Assembly: GCA_050250935.1 (NCBI GenBank)
Contig: JBFWNS010000001.1
Coordinates: 256,001 to 320,000, forward strand
Length of the DNA: 64,000 bases
Reading direction: 5' to 3'
DNA from: Candidatus Margulisiibacteriota bacterium
GTDB lineage: Bacteria > Margulisbacteria > Marinamargulisbacteria > JBFWNS01
Part shown: piece after piece, positions 38,723 through 47,615 of the stretch
How positions within the stretch are numbered: position 1 is the first letter of the stretch
Layout of the letters: the number at the start of each line of letters is the position of its first letter
Notes under the pieces: model-generated
Seen by the model: only the letters and a program-made list of their open reading frames with translations
Databases searched by the model: none
Told to the model about the DNA's origin: nothing
Translations under genes and position numbers: made by a program

Positions 38723-40460
38723 TTTTTCGGAATTGAAGGTCGTATAACCCCCGATACACCCCAGATTTTTCCAACAGCGATTTGTGGGTACCTTGCTCGA
38801 CAATGCGTCCATTTTCCAACACCAAAATGCGATGGGCATTCATGATGGTGGACAGTCGATGGGCAATCACAAAGGTGGTGCGGTGCTTCATGAGTTTTTC
38901 CAAGGCATCTTGAACCAAGGCTTCGGACTGAGAATCCAGGGCCGATGTGGCCTCGTCTAGGATTAAAATCTTGGGGTTTTTAAGAATGGCACGGGCAATG
39001 GAAATCCGCTGTTTTTGCCCCCCAGACAACCGACGACCATGATCGCCAATATTGGCATACAATTGCTTGGGCATCTTTTCGATAAACTCCCAGGCATTGG
39101 CGGCTTTGGCGGCTTCTATTACCTCGTCTTTGGTGGCTGTGGGCCGGCCATAGCGAATGTTGTCCAACACGGTACCCCGAAACAAAATATCTTCTTGAGG
39201 CACAATGGCAATTTGAGACCGAAGCGATTTAAGGCTGTACTCTTTGATCGGCACTTCGTCGATGAGGATGCGGCCTTGGGTGGCATCATAGAAACGTGGC
39301 AGCAAATTCACAAACGTGGTTTTGCCTGCGCCAGAAAGCCCCACCAAGGCAACCGTGTCTCCCGGCTTCACATCCAATTCAATCTCTTTTAAGGCTTCGG
39401 ATTCATCATCATAAGAAAAACTCATGGCATCAAATCGAACAGCGCCATCGATTTTTCGGGTTACAGGTTTGGGTGGCGAAGTCACGGCCACGGGATAGTC
39501 CAACACAAAAAACACCCGATCCGCCGAAGCCAGGGCTTGCTGCAAATTGTTATACACTTTCGAAAGCGTCAAAACAGGGTCCACCAACAAAAAGATCCCC
39601 GTAAAAAACGATACCAAATTCGGACCACTCATGCTGCCTTTGGCAATTTCGTAGCCCCCATACCAAATCACAGCCAAAATCACGACAAACTGCAAATAGG
39701 ACACCAAGGGCTCTACCGTGTTCCGAACTTTGATGCCCTTCATGGTGGTGGTATAGCTTCTCATGTTTTCTTTTTTGAATCGTTTGATTTCCCGGTCTTC
39801 CATGGTGGACGCTTGCACCAATTTGATGTTGGACAAGGTTTCTTGAATGGTGTGGGCAATATCGGCCGAACGCTGCTGAACCTGCCCAGACACCCGTTTA
39901 AGCCGGTCCGCCAAATACATGATAATCCCGACAAACAAAGGCACACTAATCAGGGTAAAGAGGGTTAATTTAACGTTTAAAATCAGCAAATACACCACGA
40001 TGCCCAAAAAGGTAATCACATTGGGCACCAGTTCCCAAAACAACATGGAAATGGCTTCGCGAACTTTTTCAGTATCCGAAGTCAGACGGGTTAAAATGTC
40101 CCCGAGTTTGTACTTGGCAAAAAAATCTTGGGACAACTGCAAAAGCTTGTCATAAAAACTGACGCGGATGTCGATACTCATCAGGTAGCCCACCGAGGTC
40201 ATCAGATAGGATTGATAGTAGGTGCTGCCCAACCGCAACCCATACAACAATGCCGCGTTAAAAATTTGGTTGTTAAAATGCTGAAGGTTTTTGTTTGAAA
40301 TTTCGTTGACGATGTCTCTGGCCAGGGGCAAAAACAAAATATTGGCCCCGGCAAACACCACAGCCAACCCCAACGACAAGGCAATTTGCCACATATAGGG
40401 CCTGGAATAACTGCCAAATACTTTAATCCATTTGAATCGGTTTGAATCCATAATACTCAT
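38688..40460 (-). CDS. MsbA-like ABC exporter (TMD plus NBD)
   Basis: GLSGAGKT, LSGGQKQR, ILDEATSALD, IAHRLST; start MSIMDS overlaps the GT9 stop (ATGA). Confidence 0.9.
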   Translation of the reverse strand: MSIMDSNRFKWIKVFGSYSRPYMWQIALSLGLAVVFAGANILFLPLARDIVNEISNKNLQHFNNQIFNAALLYGLRLGSTYYQSYLMTSVGYLMSIDIRVSFYDKLLQLSQDFFAKYKLGDILTRLTSDTEKVREAISMLFWELVPNVITFLGIVVYLLILNVKLTLFTLISVPLFVGIIMYLADRLKRVSGQVQQRSADIAHTIQETLSNIKLVQASTMEDREIKRFKKENMRSYTTTMKGIKVRNTVEPLVSYLQFVVILAVIWYGGYEIAKGSMSGPNLVSFFTGIFLLVDPVLTLSKVYNNLQQALASADRVFFVLDYPVAVTSPPKPVTRKIDGAVRFDAMSFSYDDESEALKEIELDVKPGDTVALVGLSGAGKTTFVNLLPRFYDATQGRILIDEVPIKEYSLKSLRSQIAIVPQEDILFRGTVLDNIRYGRPTATKDEVIEAAKAANAWEFIEKMPKQLYANIGDHGRRLSGGQKQRISIARAILKNPKILILDEATSALDSQSEALVQDALEKLMKHRTTFVIAHRLSTIMNAHRILVLENGRIVEQGTHKSLLEKSGVYRGLYDLQFRKITTHTAPSQSE

Positions 40461-41554
40461 TTCAAAAAGGTGTTTAGAAACGCCTGGGATTGTAGCCAAG
40501 CCAGCCCGGGGGTCAACTCTTGGACACAATTGGTTGTTTCAGGACATTGGTGCTCATGAGCAGTGTGCAGGCATGGAGCACAGGGAATGGGTGATTGTAA
40601 AATAAAGGCTTTGTTGGGATCTCCTTTGGGGCCAGTATCGTTGGGATTGACCGAGAAGTACAACCCAATCAACGGGGTTTTGGAGGCTGCAGCCAGATGC
40701 ATGGGGCCGGTATCTCCGCTAATCATTAGGGAGGCCGCTTTAAAAAGGCCCAAGAACGAAAATCCGGTTGTTTTTCCCGCCACATCGACAACCGATAGTC
40801 CGGCTGCTTTTAGCGCTTTGCTTAAGGGCCTTGTCAATTTTTTTTCATAATACCCACCCGTAGTGACAAAAGTAAGGCCTGGGAAGGTATCGGCCATTCG
40901 CTTGCAATAGGCCACAAAATAGTCCAGACGCCAGGCCCGGGAATCGAAGGTCTTTTTTTGAAAAAGGGTGTTGGTGTTTTGGGAATGATTTCCTGCATGC
41001 AACAGCACCACTTTTTGGGTATCCGACACCTTTAACTTTTTACGCCACTTGGCTTCCCATTCGGCTACTACTGCAGGCAAGGTTTCGAAACAATAGGTTT
41101 CGCTGACAATGGGAAGCCCCGCAGCCTCGGTCAGTTGAAGGTATTGCCGGCTGATGTGTGGGCAATCGCCAATGGCGGTTTGAACCACCTGAACCGTGTC
41201 GTCTGATTCCAACGCTCGGACCATGCGATAGGTTTTGGCCGTGCGAACATGTTGGGTATAAAAGTGATGCATTTCTGGCCAGGCATCAAAGTTAAAATGT
41301 AAATCGAAAGAAAGGGGTTTAAGGCGCCTTGCCAATTTCCACTTGGCAAAGCGAGGATGATAGATGTTGTATTCGATTAGGGTGTCCAAGAGGTCGGGGT
41401 AACAGGAGAGAATCCAGAGCCCTCTTGGCGAGACAATGGCGGTGATGTGGGCTTTGGGATAAGCGGCGCGGATGGCACGGAGGGCCGGGACGATGAACAT
41501 GGAATCGCCGAGCATACCAAGTCTAGAAATTAAAATTTTTTTTTGGTAGAGCAT
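40457..41554 (-). CDS. Glycosyltransferase family 9 (LPS heptosyltransferase-like)
   Basis: LGMLGD, PALRAIRAAYPKAHI, DTGPMHLAAA, CAPC...C...C. Confidence 0.9.
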   Translation of the reverse strand: MLYQKKILISRLGMLGDSMFIVPALRAIRAAYPKAHITAIVSPRGLWILSCYPDLLDTLIEYNIYHPRFAKWKLARRLKPLSFDLHFNFDAWPEMHHFYTQHVRTAKTYRMVRALESDDTVQVVQTAIGDCPHISRQYLQLTEAAGLPIVSETYCFETLPAVVAEWEAKWRKKLKVSDTQKVVLLHAGNHSQNTNTLFQKKTFDSRAWRLDYFVAYCKRMADTFPGLTFVTTGGYYEKKLTRPLSKALKAAGLSVVDVAGKTTGFSFLGLFKAASLMISGDTGPMHLAAASKTPLIGLYFSVNPNDTGPKGDPNKAFILQSPIPCAPCLHTAHEHQCPETTNCVQELTPGLAWLQSQAFLNTFLK

Positions 41555-41580
41555 GTGGGGATTAGAGTATACCCTCCTAC

Positions 41581-41810
41581 GGGGGGGAAGACTAGGGGGG
41601 AACCACGCTGCGCGAGGTGCCCCCCTAGAACCCCCCACCTATGCTTTTCGCTCAAAACTCACCCACGCAGCCTTCGGCTGGATGGGGTTTCGGACATTTC
41701 GCTAATAAGGTTCCCCACCCCCTTCCCCCTCCCGATTGGAGGGGGAACGCAAACGCTGAAGACTAACGCTTAGCGCGGTTTGGGATTGCTTCGCTTCGCT
41801 GGCAATCGAT
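41581..41810. repeat. Cluster of GC-rich REP-like palindromes
   Basis: CTAGGGGGG/CCCCCCTAG (41592-41628), CAGCC-TTC-GGCTG, TTCCCCCTCC/GGAGGGGGAA (41723-41747), GATTGC-TTCGCTTCGCTG-GCAATC (41784-41807). Confidence 0.75.
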
Positions 41811-41884
41811 TTATAATCCATTTTTTTAGGCCACTTATCTTTGGAACGGAGTAACCGTTTCTCTGGAAAAAGCTGGAACAGGGC

Positions 41885-42024
41885 CGCGCAGCGGGAGGAA
41901 GATTGAACTTGCTTCAATGTTCCGACCCACAAATGCAGTGCATTTGTGATTATAAATTATCGCGCAGCGGGAGCAGTGTTGAATTTACTTCGACGCTGCG
42001 GCCCACAAACGCTTCGCGTTTGTG
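41885..42024. repeat. Two tandem 64-nt structured repeats
   Basis: Copies at 41885-41948 and 41961-42024, 48/64 identical, same three hairpins with compensatory changes. Confidence 0.9.
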
Positions 42025-42037
42025 TATTTAATCGGCA

Positions 42038-42070
42038 GTACCAAAATTACGCCTTGCGTAATTTTGGTAC
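42038..42070 (-). terminator. Perfect 15-bp hairpin overlapping the tRNA-Leu 3' end
   Basis: GTACCAAAATTACGC-CTT-GCGTAATTTTGGTAC. No U-tract, so the terminator role is uncertain. Confidence 0.45.
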
Positions 42071-42151
42071 CGAGGGCCGGAATCGAACCGGCATGAGATT
42101 GCTCTCACTGGTGTTTGAGACCAGCGCGTCTACCAGTTCCGCCACCTCGGC
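42065..42151 (-). tRNA. tRNA-Leu(CAA), 87 nt, CCA encoded
   Basis: GCCGAGGTGGCGGAACTGGTAGACGCG-CTGGT CT CAA AC ACCAG-long variable arm-GCCGGTTCGATTCCGGC CCTCGGTACCA. Confidence 0.97.
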
Positions 42152-42180
42152 AAAGGGATTCGAAAGAATCTGGTTGGGAC

Positions 42181-42208
42181 AGTGTAGCATAAACCCAAAT
42201 AGTTTCAA
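42181..42208 (-). promoter_or_regulatory. Sigma70-type promoter of tRNA-Leu
   Basis: TTGAAA-N16-TACACT with extended TG, about 30 nt upstream of the tRNA. Confidence 0.6.
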
Positions 42209-42303
42209 CTTGAAGATGTATAAAGGACGCCGTTTGCTTGACTCGGTTTGTTCTATTTTGGTACCCTTGGTAGCTGCTGTATCGTTTGATCCAACCAAAC
42301 AAG

Positions 42304-42328
42304 AAAGTGGGTCCGCCCACTTTTTTTT
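42304..42328 (+). promoter_or_regulatory. rimP-leader-type attenuator hairpin upstream of nusA
   Basis: AAAGTGGG-TCCG-CCCACTTT followed by a T-run; matches the GTGGG/CCCAC motif known upstream of rimP-nusA-infB. Confidence 0.75.
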
Positions 42329-42373
42329 GTATATTTCAGCCTTTATCTACCCTATTTAAAAACAGAGGTCATC

Positions 42374-43663
42374 ATGATTTTAATCGAAAATTTTAACCAA
42401 GTTACTGCTCAGATTGAGTCCGAACGTGGGATTTCCAAAGACATTCTTATTTCTGCCATCGAACAAGCGCTAGTGTCTGCTGTTCGTAAAAAGTTTTCAG
42501 AAGAAGCCCTGCTGGAAGGTCACATTAACAGCGATTCTGGCGAGGTTAAAATCTATTTGCGCAAAACCGTCGTTAAAAAAGTGGCTGATGCGGATTTGGA
42601 AATTCTTCTTAAAGAAGCCCAGGCTTTGGATCCTGCAGCCAAGGTTGATGGCACTGTTTTAATCGAAATTGCTTATCCCGAATTTGGTCGCATTGCTGCC
42701 CAAACCGCCAAACAAGTGATTATTCAACGCATTCGCGAAGCCGAGAAAAACGCCATTTTTGATGAATTTATCAGCAAAGAAGGGCAAATGATTACCGGCA
42801 CCGTTCAGCGCATCGAAAATTTGAACTATCTAATTAATTTGGGCCGCGCCGAAGCAATTCTATACGCCAAGGAACAGATTCCTGGCGAACGGTTTTCACT
42901 TAAAGAAAAAATCCGCGTCTTTTTATCCAACATCGACCGCACCGTTCGCGGCCCTGTTTTGAATATTTCTCGGGCCCATCCCGGCATGTTGAAATGTTTG
43001 TTTGAAGCTGAAGTTCCTGAAATTCAGGATGGCATCATCGAAATCATGAGCGTAGCCCGGGAAGCTGGAAAACGGTCTAAAATTGCCGTTAAAAGCAACA
43101 ACCCTTCGATTGGTGCTGTTGGCACTTGTGTGGGCCATATGGGCGCCCGTATTCAAGCGGTTACCAAAGAGCTTGGCGCCGAAAAAATTGATATTTTGGA
43201 ATGGAACGAAAATCCCAAGGTTTTCATTGGCAATGCTTTGAAACCTTCTAAAATTACTGAAGTCATTATCACCGACGAAGCGGCCAAAACAGCCATTGTG
43301 GTGGTCCCCAACGACCAATTGTCTTTGGCCATCGGCAAAAGCGGGATCAATGTTCGGCTTTCTGTTCGGCTAACCGGTTGGAAATTGGACATCTTCAGCG
43401 AAGACGAATACAGCAAAAAAGAAGTTGAATTACGCCAAAAAAGCCATTTGTCCATTGTTGAAAAAATTCAATTGGACAAAGAAAAAGAACGCCAAAGCCA
43501 AAGCGATAGTGCAAGCGAAAAAATCAAGGTTTCTGATCTTGCCAAAGAACTCGGAATCAAGTCTAAGGAACTGGTGGAAAAGGCTGCCGAATTGGGCATT
43601 GCCGTTAAAGGGGCAACCAGTTCGCTAAACCAAGACCAAGCCACCCAATTAAGGAATGCCTAA
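42374..43663 (+). CDS. nusA: Transcription factor NusA with a C-terminal IF2_N-like extension
   Basis: FGRIAAQTAKQVIIQRIREAE, S1/KH domains, QLSLAIGKSGINVRL, LTGWKLDI. Confidence 0.97.
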   Translation: MILIENFNQVTAQIESERGISKDILISAIEQALVSAVRKKFSEEALLEGHINSDSGEVKIYLRKTVVKKVADADLEILLKEAQALDPAAKVDGTVLIEIAYPEFGRIAAQTAKQVIIQRIREAEKNAIFDEFISKEGQMITGTVQRIENLNYLINLGRAEAILYAKEQIPGERFSLKEKIRVFLSNIDRTVRGPVLNISRAHPGMLKCLFEAEVPEIQDGIIEIMSVAREAGKRSKIAVKSNNPSIGAVGTCVGHMGARIQAVTKELGAEKIDILEWNENPKVFIGNALKPSKITEVIITDEAAKTAIVVVPNDQLSLAIGKSGINVRLSVRLTGWKLDIFSEDEYSKKEVELRQKSHLSIVEKIQLDKEKERQSQSDSASEKIKVSDLAKELGIKSKELVEKAAELGIAVKGATSSLNQDQATQLRNA

Positions 43664-45622
43664 GTGAAAGTACAAGACCTCGCCAACCAACTTAAAATCA
43701 CCACCAAAGATCTGCTTCGGTTCATGTCCGAAATCGACGTGAAAGCCAAGTCCGGTTCCACCAAACTGGAAAACGACACGGTGACCTTGGTGCGAGATCT
43801 GTACAACGAAGCCAACAAAAGCACCCCTGTTTCCGAAGATCCGGCCCAGTGGCGCAACGTGACCATCAGCGAACAGCAAATTTCTTTGCAAGACCTGGCC
43901 AAAAAAATCGAGGTTAAGCTTTCCGAAATCATGAAGGCGGTGTTGAATCGCGGGCAATTGTTGAACTTAAACTCCATTATCAGCGCCGAATTGGCCATCG
44001 AATTGGCTGGCGAACTGGGTGTGGCACTGGAAGTTGAAGGCATCGAAAAATCGGGCTCTGACATCAAGGCCATGCTCAACAAAATCGAAGAGCAAGAAAT
44101 TGACGAAGACTTAAAATCCTTGGTGGAACGGCCTCCCGTTATTACCATTATGGGTCACGTTGACCACGGTAAAACCATGTTGCTGGATACCATTCGCAAA
44201 ACCAACGTGGTGGCCAAAGAATCCGGTGGGATTACCCAGCACATTGGCGCCTATCAGGTTAAAGTTCGGGATCGTCTTTTAACCTTTTTGGATACCCCTG
44301 GCCACGAAGCCTTTACCGCATTGCGTGCCCGAGGCGCTCAAGTAACAGACATTGCCATTTTGGTGGTTGCTGCCGACGAAGGCATTAAACCCCAAACCAT
44401 TGAAGCCATTCACCATGCCCAAGCTGCTGGTGTCCCCATTTTGGTGGCCATCAACAAAATGGATAAGCCTGGGGCCAATCCGGACACCGTTAAACAACAG
44501 TTGGCCGAGCACAACCTGATGGCTGAAGAATGGGGTGGAAAAACCATCATGGTGCCAGTGTCGGCAAAAGCAGCCCAAGGTATCGAGGATTTGTTGGACA
44601 TGATTGTGCTGACTGCTGACATGCTCGAGCTTAAAGCCAACCCCAAAGCCCTGGCCAAGGGGATTGTTATTGAATCCCGTTTATCCCGCAAAAAAGGGCC
44701 GGTTGCCACCGTTTTGGTTAAAACTGGAACCCTACGCATTGGCGACAATTTCGTCATTGGAACCACCATGGGGAAAGTTCGCGCCTTGCTCAACGACCTT
44801 GGCGATTCGGTTACTGAAGTTGGCCCCGGCACCCCTGCCGAAATTTTGGGGATCTCTGAAGTACCAAGACCCGGCGATATGCTGGAAGTTATGGCCACGG
44901 AAAAAGAGTGCCGCGAGATTGTTGAAACCCGCATCAATGCCGAAAAAGCCGCAAAATCGGTTCAACAACCATTGACGCTACAAGCGTTGTCTCAGCAAAT
45001 CGAAAAAGGTCATGTTAAAGCCTTGAACGTGATTGTTAAGGCCGACGTTAACGGCTCTTTGGATGCCATCGTGGCATCGATTGGCCAAATTCAAACCCAC
45101 GATATTTCGATTCATGTCATTCACTCTGCCACAGGTCCCATCAACGAAAACGACGTGATGTTGGCCATGGCCTCGTCTGCCATTGTGATGGCCTTCCATG
45201 TTGGCATCTCTGGCGAAGCCCAAAAACTGGCTGAAGACGAAGGGGTTGAATTCAAAACCTATCAGATTATTTATGAACTGGTCGACGACATTCAAAAGGT
45301 TGCCGATGGGATGTTCGAACCTGAATTCGAGGAAGTTGAAACCGCACGAATTGATGTTCGCCAAATGTTTAAATTTTCTAAAGTGGGCTCGATTGCGGGG
45401 TGTTATGTTCAGTCTGGCAAGATTTTTCGGAACCATCAGGTCCGCGTTTTCCGCGGAAAAGAAGCCGTTTACACCGGCAAAATCGACTCGCTCAAGCGGT
45501 TCAAAGAAGATGTTCGCGAAGTGGCCACTGGCTTTGAATGCGGCATTGTTTTGGATAAATTTGACCCTGCCATTGGAGACGTTATTGTCGGGTTCGAATT
45601 GAAAGAGAAAAAGCGGATCTAG
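43664..45622 (+). CDS. infB: Translation initiation factor IF-2
   Basis: RPPVITIMGHVDHGKT, DTPGHEAF, NKMD, SLKRFKEDV, GFECGI; AAGGA SD 8 nt before GTG. Confidence 0.98.
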   Translation: MKVQDLANQLKITTKDLLRFMSEIDVKAKSGSTKLENDTVTLVRDLYNEANKSTPVSEDPAQWRNVTISEQQISLQDLAKKIEVKLSEIMKAVLNRGQLLNLNSIISAELAIELAGELGVALEVEGIEKSGSDIKAMLNKIEEQEIDEDLKSLVERPPVITIMGHVDHGKTMLLDTIRKTNVVAKESGGITQHIGAYQVKVRDRLLTFLDTPGHEAFTALRARGAQVTDIAILVVAADEGIKPQTIEAIHHAQAAGVPILVAINKMDKPGANPDTVKQQLAEHNLMAEEWGGKTIMVPVSAKAAQGIEDLLDMIVLTADMLELKANPKALAKGIVIESRLSRKKGPVATVLVKTGTLRIGDNFVIGTTMGKVRALLNDLGDSVTEVGPGTPAEILGISEVPRPGDMLEVMATEKECREIVETRINAEKAAKSVQQPLTLQALSQQIEKGHVKALNVIVKADVNGSLDAIVASIGQIQTHDISIHVIHSATGPINENDVMLAMASSAIVMAFHVGISGEAQKLAEDEGVEFKTYQIIYELVDDIQKVADGMFEPEFEEVETARIDVRQMFKFSKVGSIAGCYVQSGKIFRNHQVRVFRGKEAVYTGKIDSLKRFKEDVREVATGFECGIVLDKFDPAIGDVIVGFELKEKKRI

Positions 45623-45626
45623 CACC

Positions 45627-45986
45627 ATGACCCTTCGCCACGAACGGATGGCTTCTGTCATTCAACAGCACATCCCCACCATTATTCGCCGAGAAATTAA
45701 CAGCAGTGGGATTGGGTTTATCAGCATTACCGAAGTTAAAGTCAGCGAAGATTTCTCCAAAGCCTTGGTCTATTACAGCGAAATTGGCAGTGACGAACAA
45801 AAAAAGAAAACCCGACGCGCCTTGTCCAAAGCGTCTAAAACCATCAAATTTCATATGGGGCGGGTGCTTCAAACCCAATCGATTCCCCACCTTATTTTTT
45901 TATTCGACGAATCGGTAGAACGTGGTGTGGATTTGGTCAACAAGATCAATGCCCTTTCCAATGCTGATGAAGATCCCACCCCTTAA
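45627..45986 (+). CDS. rbfA: Ribosome-binding factor A
   Basis: ITEVKVSEDFSKALVYYS, IPHLIFLFDESVERG; position after infB. Confidence 0.92.
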   Translation: MTLRHERMASVIQQHIPTIIRREINSSGIGFISITEVKVSEDFSKALVYYSEIGSDEQKKKTRRALSKASKTIKFHMGRVLQTQSIPHLIFLFDESVERGVDLVNKINALSNADEDPTP

Positions 45987-46908
45987 AGCGTCCTTACAAG
46001 CCGCCAAACACTGCCTGGTGGTGGTTCATCGGGATCCCGATTTGGACGCCATTGGCTCGATGTTGGCTTTTCACAAACTCTTGGAAGCGCTGGGTGTTTC
46101 CCACACGTTGCTTTGCCAAGATTTAAATCCCGATTTGTTTGCATTTTTGCCTTTTTTGGAGGTCATTCACACCACTGCACCCGCTGCAGATTTTTACGAT
46201 ACCATTGTCAGTTTGGATTGTTCGGACAAGAGTCGGGTGTATCAGCACCAAACTTTGCCTTGGGCCGACAAAACCGTCATCAACATCGACCACCACCATG
46301 ACAATACCCGATTCGGGGCCCTGAATTGGGTGGAGGCGATTTCCTCGGTTGGCGAGATGATGGTGAACCTCTATAGCCATTGGGATATTCCCTTAAGCCA
46401 AGATGTGGCCACCTGTTTATTCGCCGCCATGTCTTTTGATACGGGTCGGTTTTCGTTTTCGAATGTCACCGCCGACACCTTTCGGGCCGGGGCCGCCTTG
46501 GTCGAATCTGGGGCAGATCCCCACACCTTGTCCAAATTGATGTACGAACAACTGTCGATGGGCGCTTTTGACCAACTCAAACAAGGGCTGGATCATTTGG
46601 TGATCGACGACAGACTGGGGCTGGTTTACACCACCCTGTCCCAGGCCAATCCCACCGAAGAGATCAAATTGATCGATTGGATTCGGCTGTTGAAGGTGGC
46701 TCGGGTTGCGGTTGTGTTTCGCGAAACCCAAATTGGGGAGATCAAGATCAGCTTTCGCTCCAAAACCAACTTCGATGTCAGTGCTTTTGCTGCCAAATTT
46801 GGGGGCGGCGGACACAAAAAGGCGGCTGGGCTGATTTTAAATTTGCCCCTCCACGAGGCCGTCAACGCCGTTATCTCGGTATTAAAAAAAGATCTGGCAA
46901 CTGCGTGA
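45961..46908 (+). CDS. nrnA: NanoRNase/pAp phosphatase (DHH family)
   Basis: HRDPDLDAIGS, NIDHH, DTGRF, SFRSK, GGGGHKKAAG. Confidence 0.88.
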   Translation: MLMKIPPLKASLQAAKHCLVVVHRDPDLDAIGSMLAFHKLLEALGVSHTLLCQDLNPDLFAFLPFLEVIHTTAPAADFYDTIVSLDCSDKSRVYQHQTLPWADKTVINIDHHHDNTRFGALNWVEAISSVGEMMVNLYSHWDIPLSQDVATCLFAAMSFDTGRFSFSNVTADTFRAGAALVESGADPHTLSKLMYEQLSMGAFDQLKQGLDHLVIDDRLGLVYTTLSQANPTEEIKLIDWIRLLKVARVAVVFRETQIGEIKISFRSKTNFDVSAFAAKFGGGGHKKAAGLILNLPLHEAVNAVISVLKKDLATA

Positions 46909-47615
46909 TCGAGGGGTTTTTGCTGGCCAATAAATCGGTTGGTATTTCCTCGTTTAAGGTGGTTCGCAAGGTCCGTGCCATTACCCGAACCCAACGGGTG
47001 GGCCATGCGGGAACCTTGGATCCCTTTGCTTCGGGGTTGTTGGTTTTGGCCTTGGGCCGGCCGTTTACCCGCCAAATTGAAACTGTTCAGGCCCTGCCCA
47101 AAACCTATCGGCTCACCTGCCGGTTGGGGCAAACCACCCCTTCTTTGGATCCCGAAACCGACGTGTCTAGAACCGATTTGGATTGGGCCTTTCAAATGCA
47201 AAACAACCCCGACTTTGAGCATCAGCTCAAAACCGTTGTGGCCGGGTTTGTGGGCAGCTACGATCAAATTCCGCCCATGTATTCGGCCAAACAACAACAA
47301 GGCCAACGGTTGTACGATCTGGCCCGGGCTGGCAAGGAAATCGAGCGAAAACCCGTGTCTGTAACCCTGTATCGCATCGATTGGGAAGGGTTGAATTGGA
47401 AAGACGGTTTTCCAGAGGTTTCGCTTGGGGTCACCTGTTCTAAAGGAACCTATATGCGGTCCTTGGCCAACGACATTGCCCAACAACTGGGGACTGTGGG
47501 CTATGCCACGGCCTTGGAACGCAGCGCAGTTGGCGACCTTGCCCTTAGCGATGCCCTTGGCTATGATGATTTGTCCCTCGATTCTATTTTAGCAAAACTT
47601 AAACCCACGTTATGA
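46905..47615 (+). CDS. truB: tRNA pseudouridine(55) synthase
   Basis: GHAGTLDPFASG, QIPPMYSAK, CSKGTYMRSLA; GTG start overlaps the nrnA stop. Confidence 0.95.
   Translation: MIEGFLLANKSVGISSFKVVRKVRAITRTQRVGHAGTLDPFASGLLVLALGRPFTRQIETVQALPKTYRLTCRLGQTTPSLDPETDVSRTDLDWAFQMQNNPDFEHQLKTVVAGFVGSYDQIPPMYSAKQQQGQRLYDLARAGKEIERKPVSVTLYRIDWEGLNWKDGFPEVSLGVTCSKGTYMRSLANDIAQQLGTVGYATALERSAVGDLALSDALGYDDLSLDSILAKLKPTL

Noticed and set aside
41885..42024. CRISPR array
   Set aside because: Only two 64-nt units with a 12-nt spacer, 75% identity and no cas genes in the window.
41555..42151. Prophage or genomic island integrated at tRNA-Leu
   Set aside because: No integrase and no direct repeat of the tRNA 3' end noticed; flanks are housekeeping genes.
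41946..42359. 137-aa ORF and overlapping minus-strand ORFs across the tRNA
   Set aside because: They overlap tRNA-Leu, repeats and promoters; no protein-like features.
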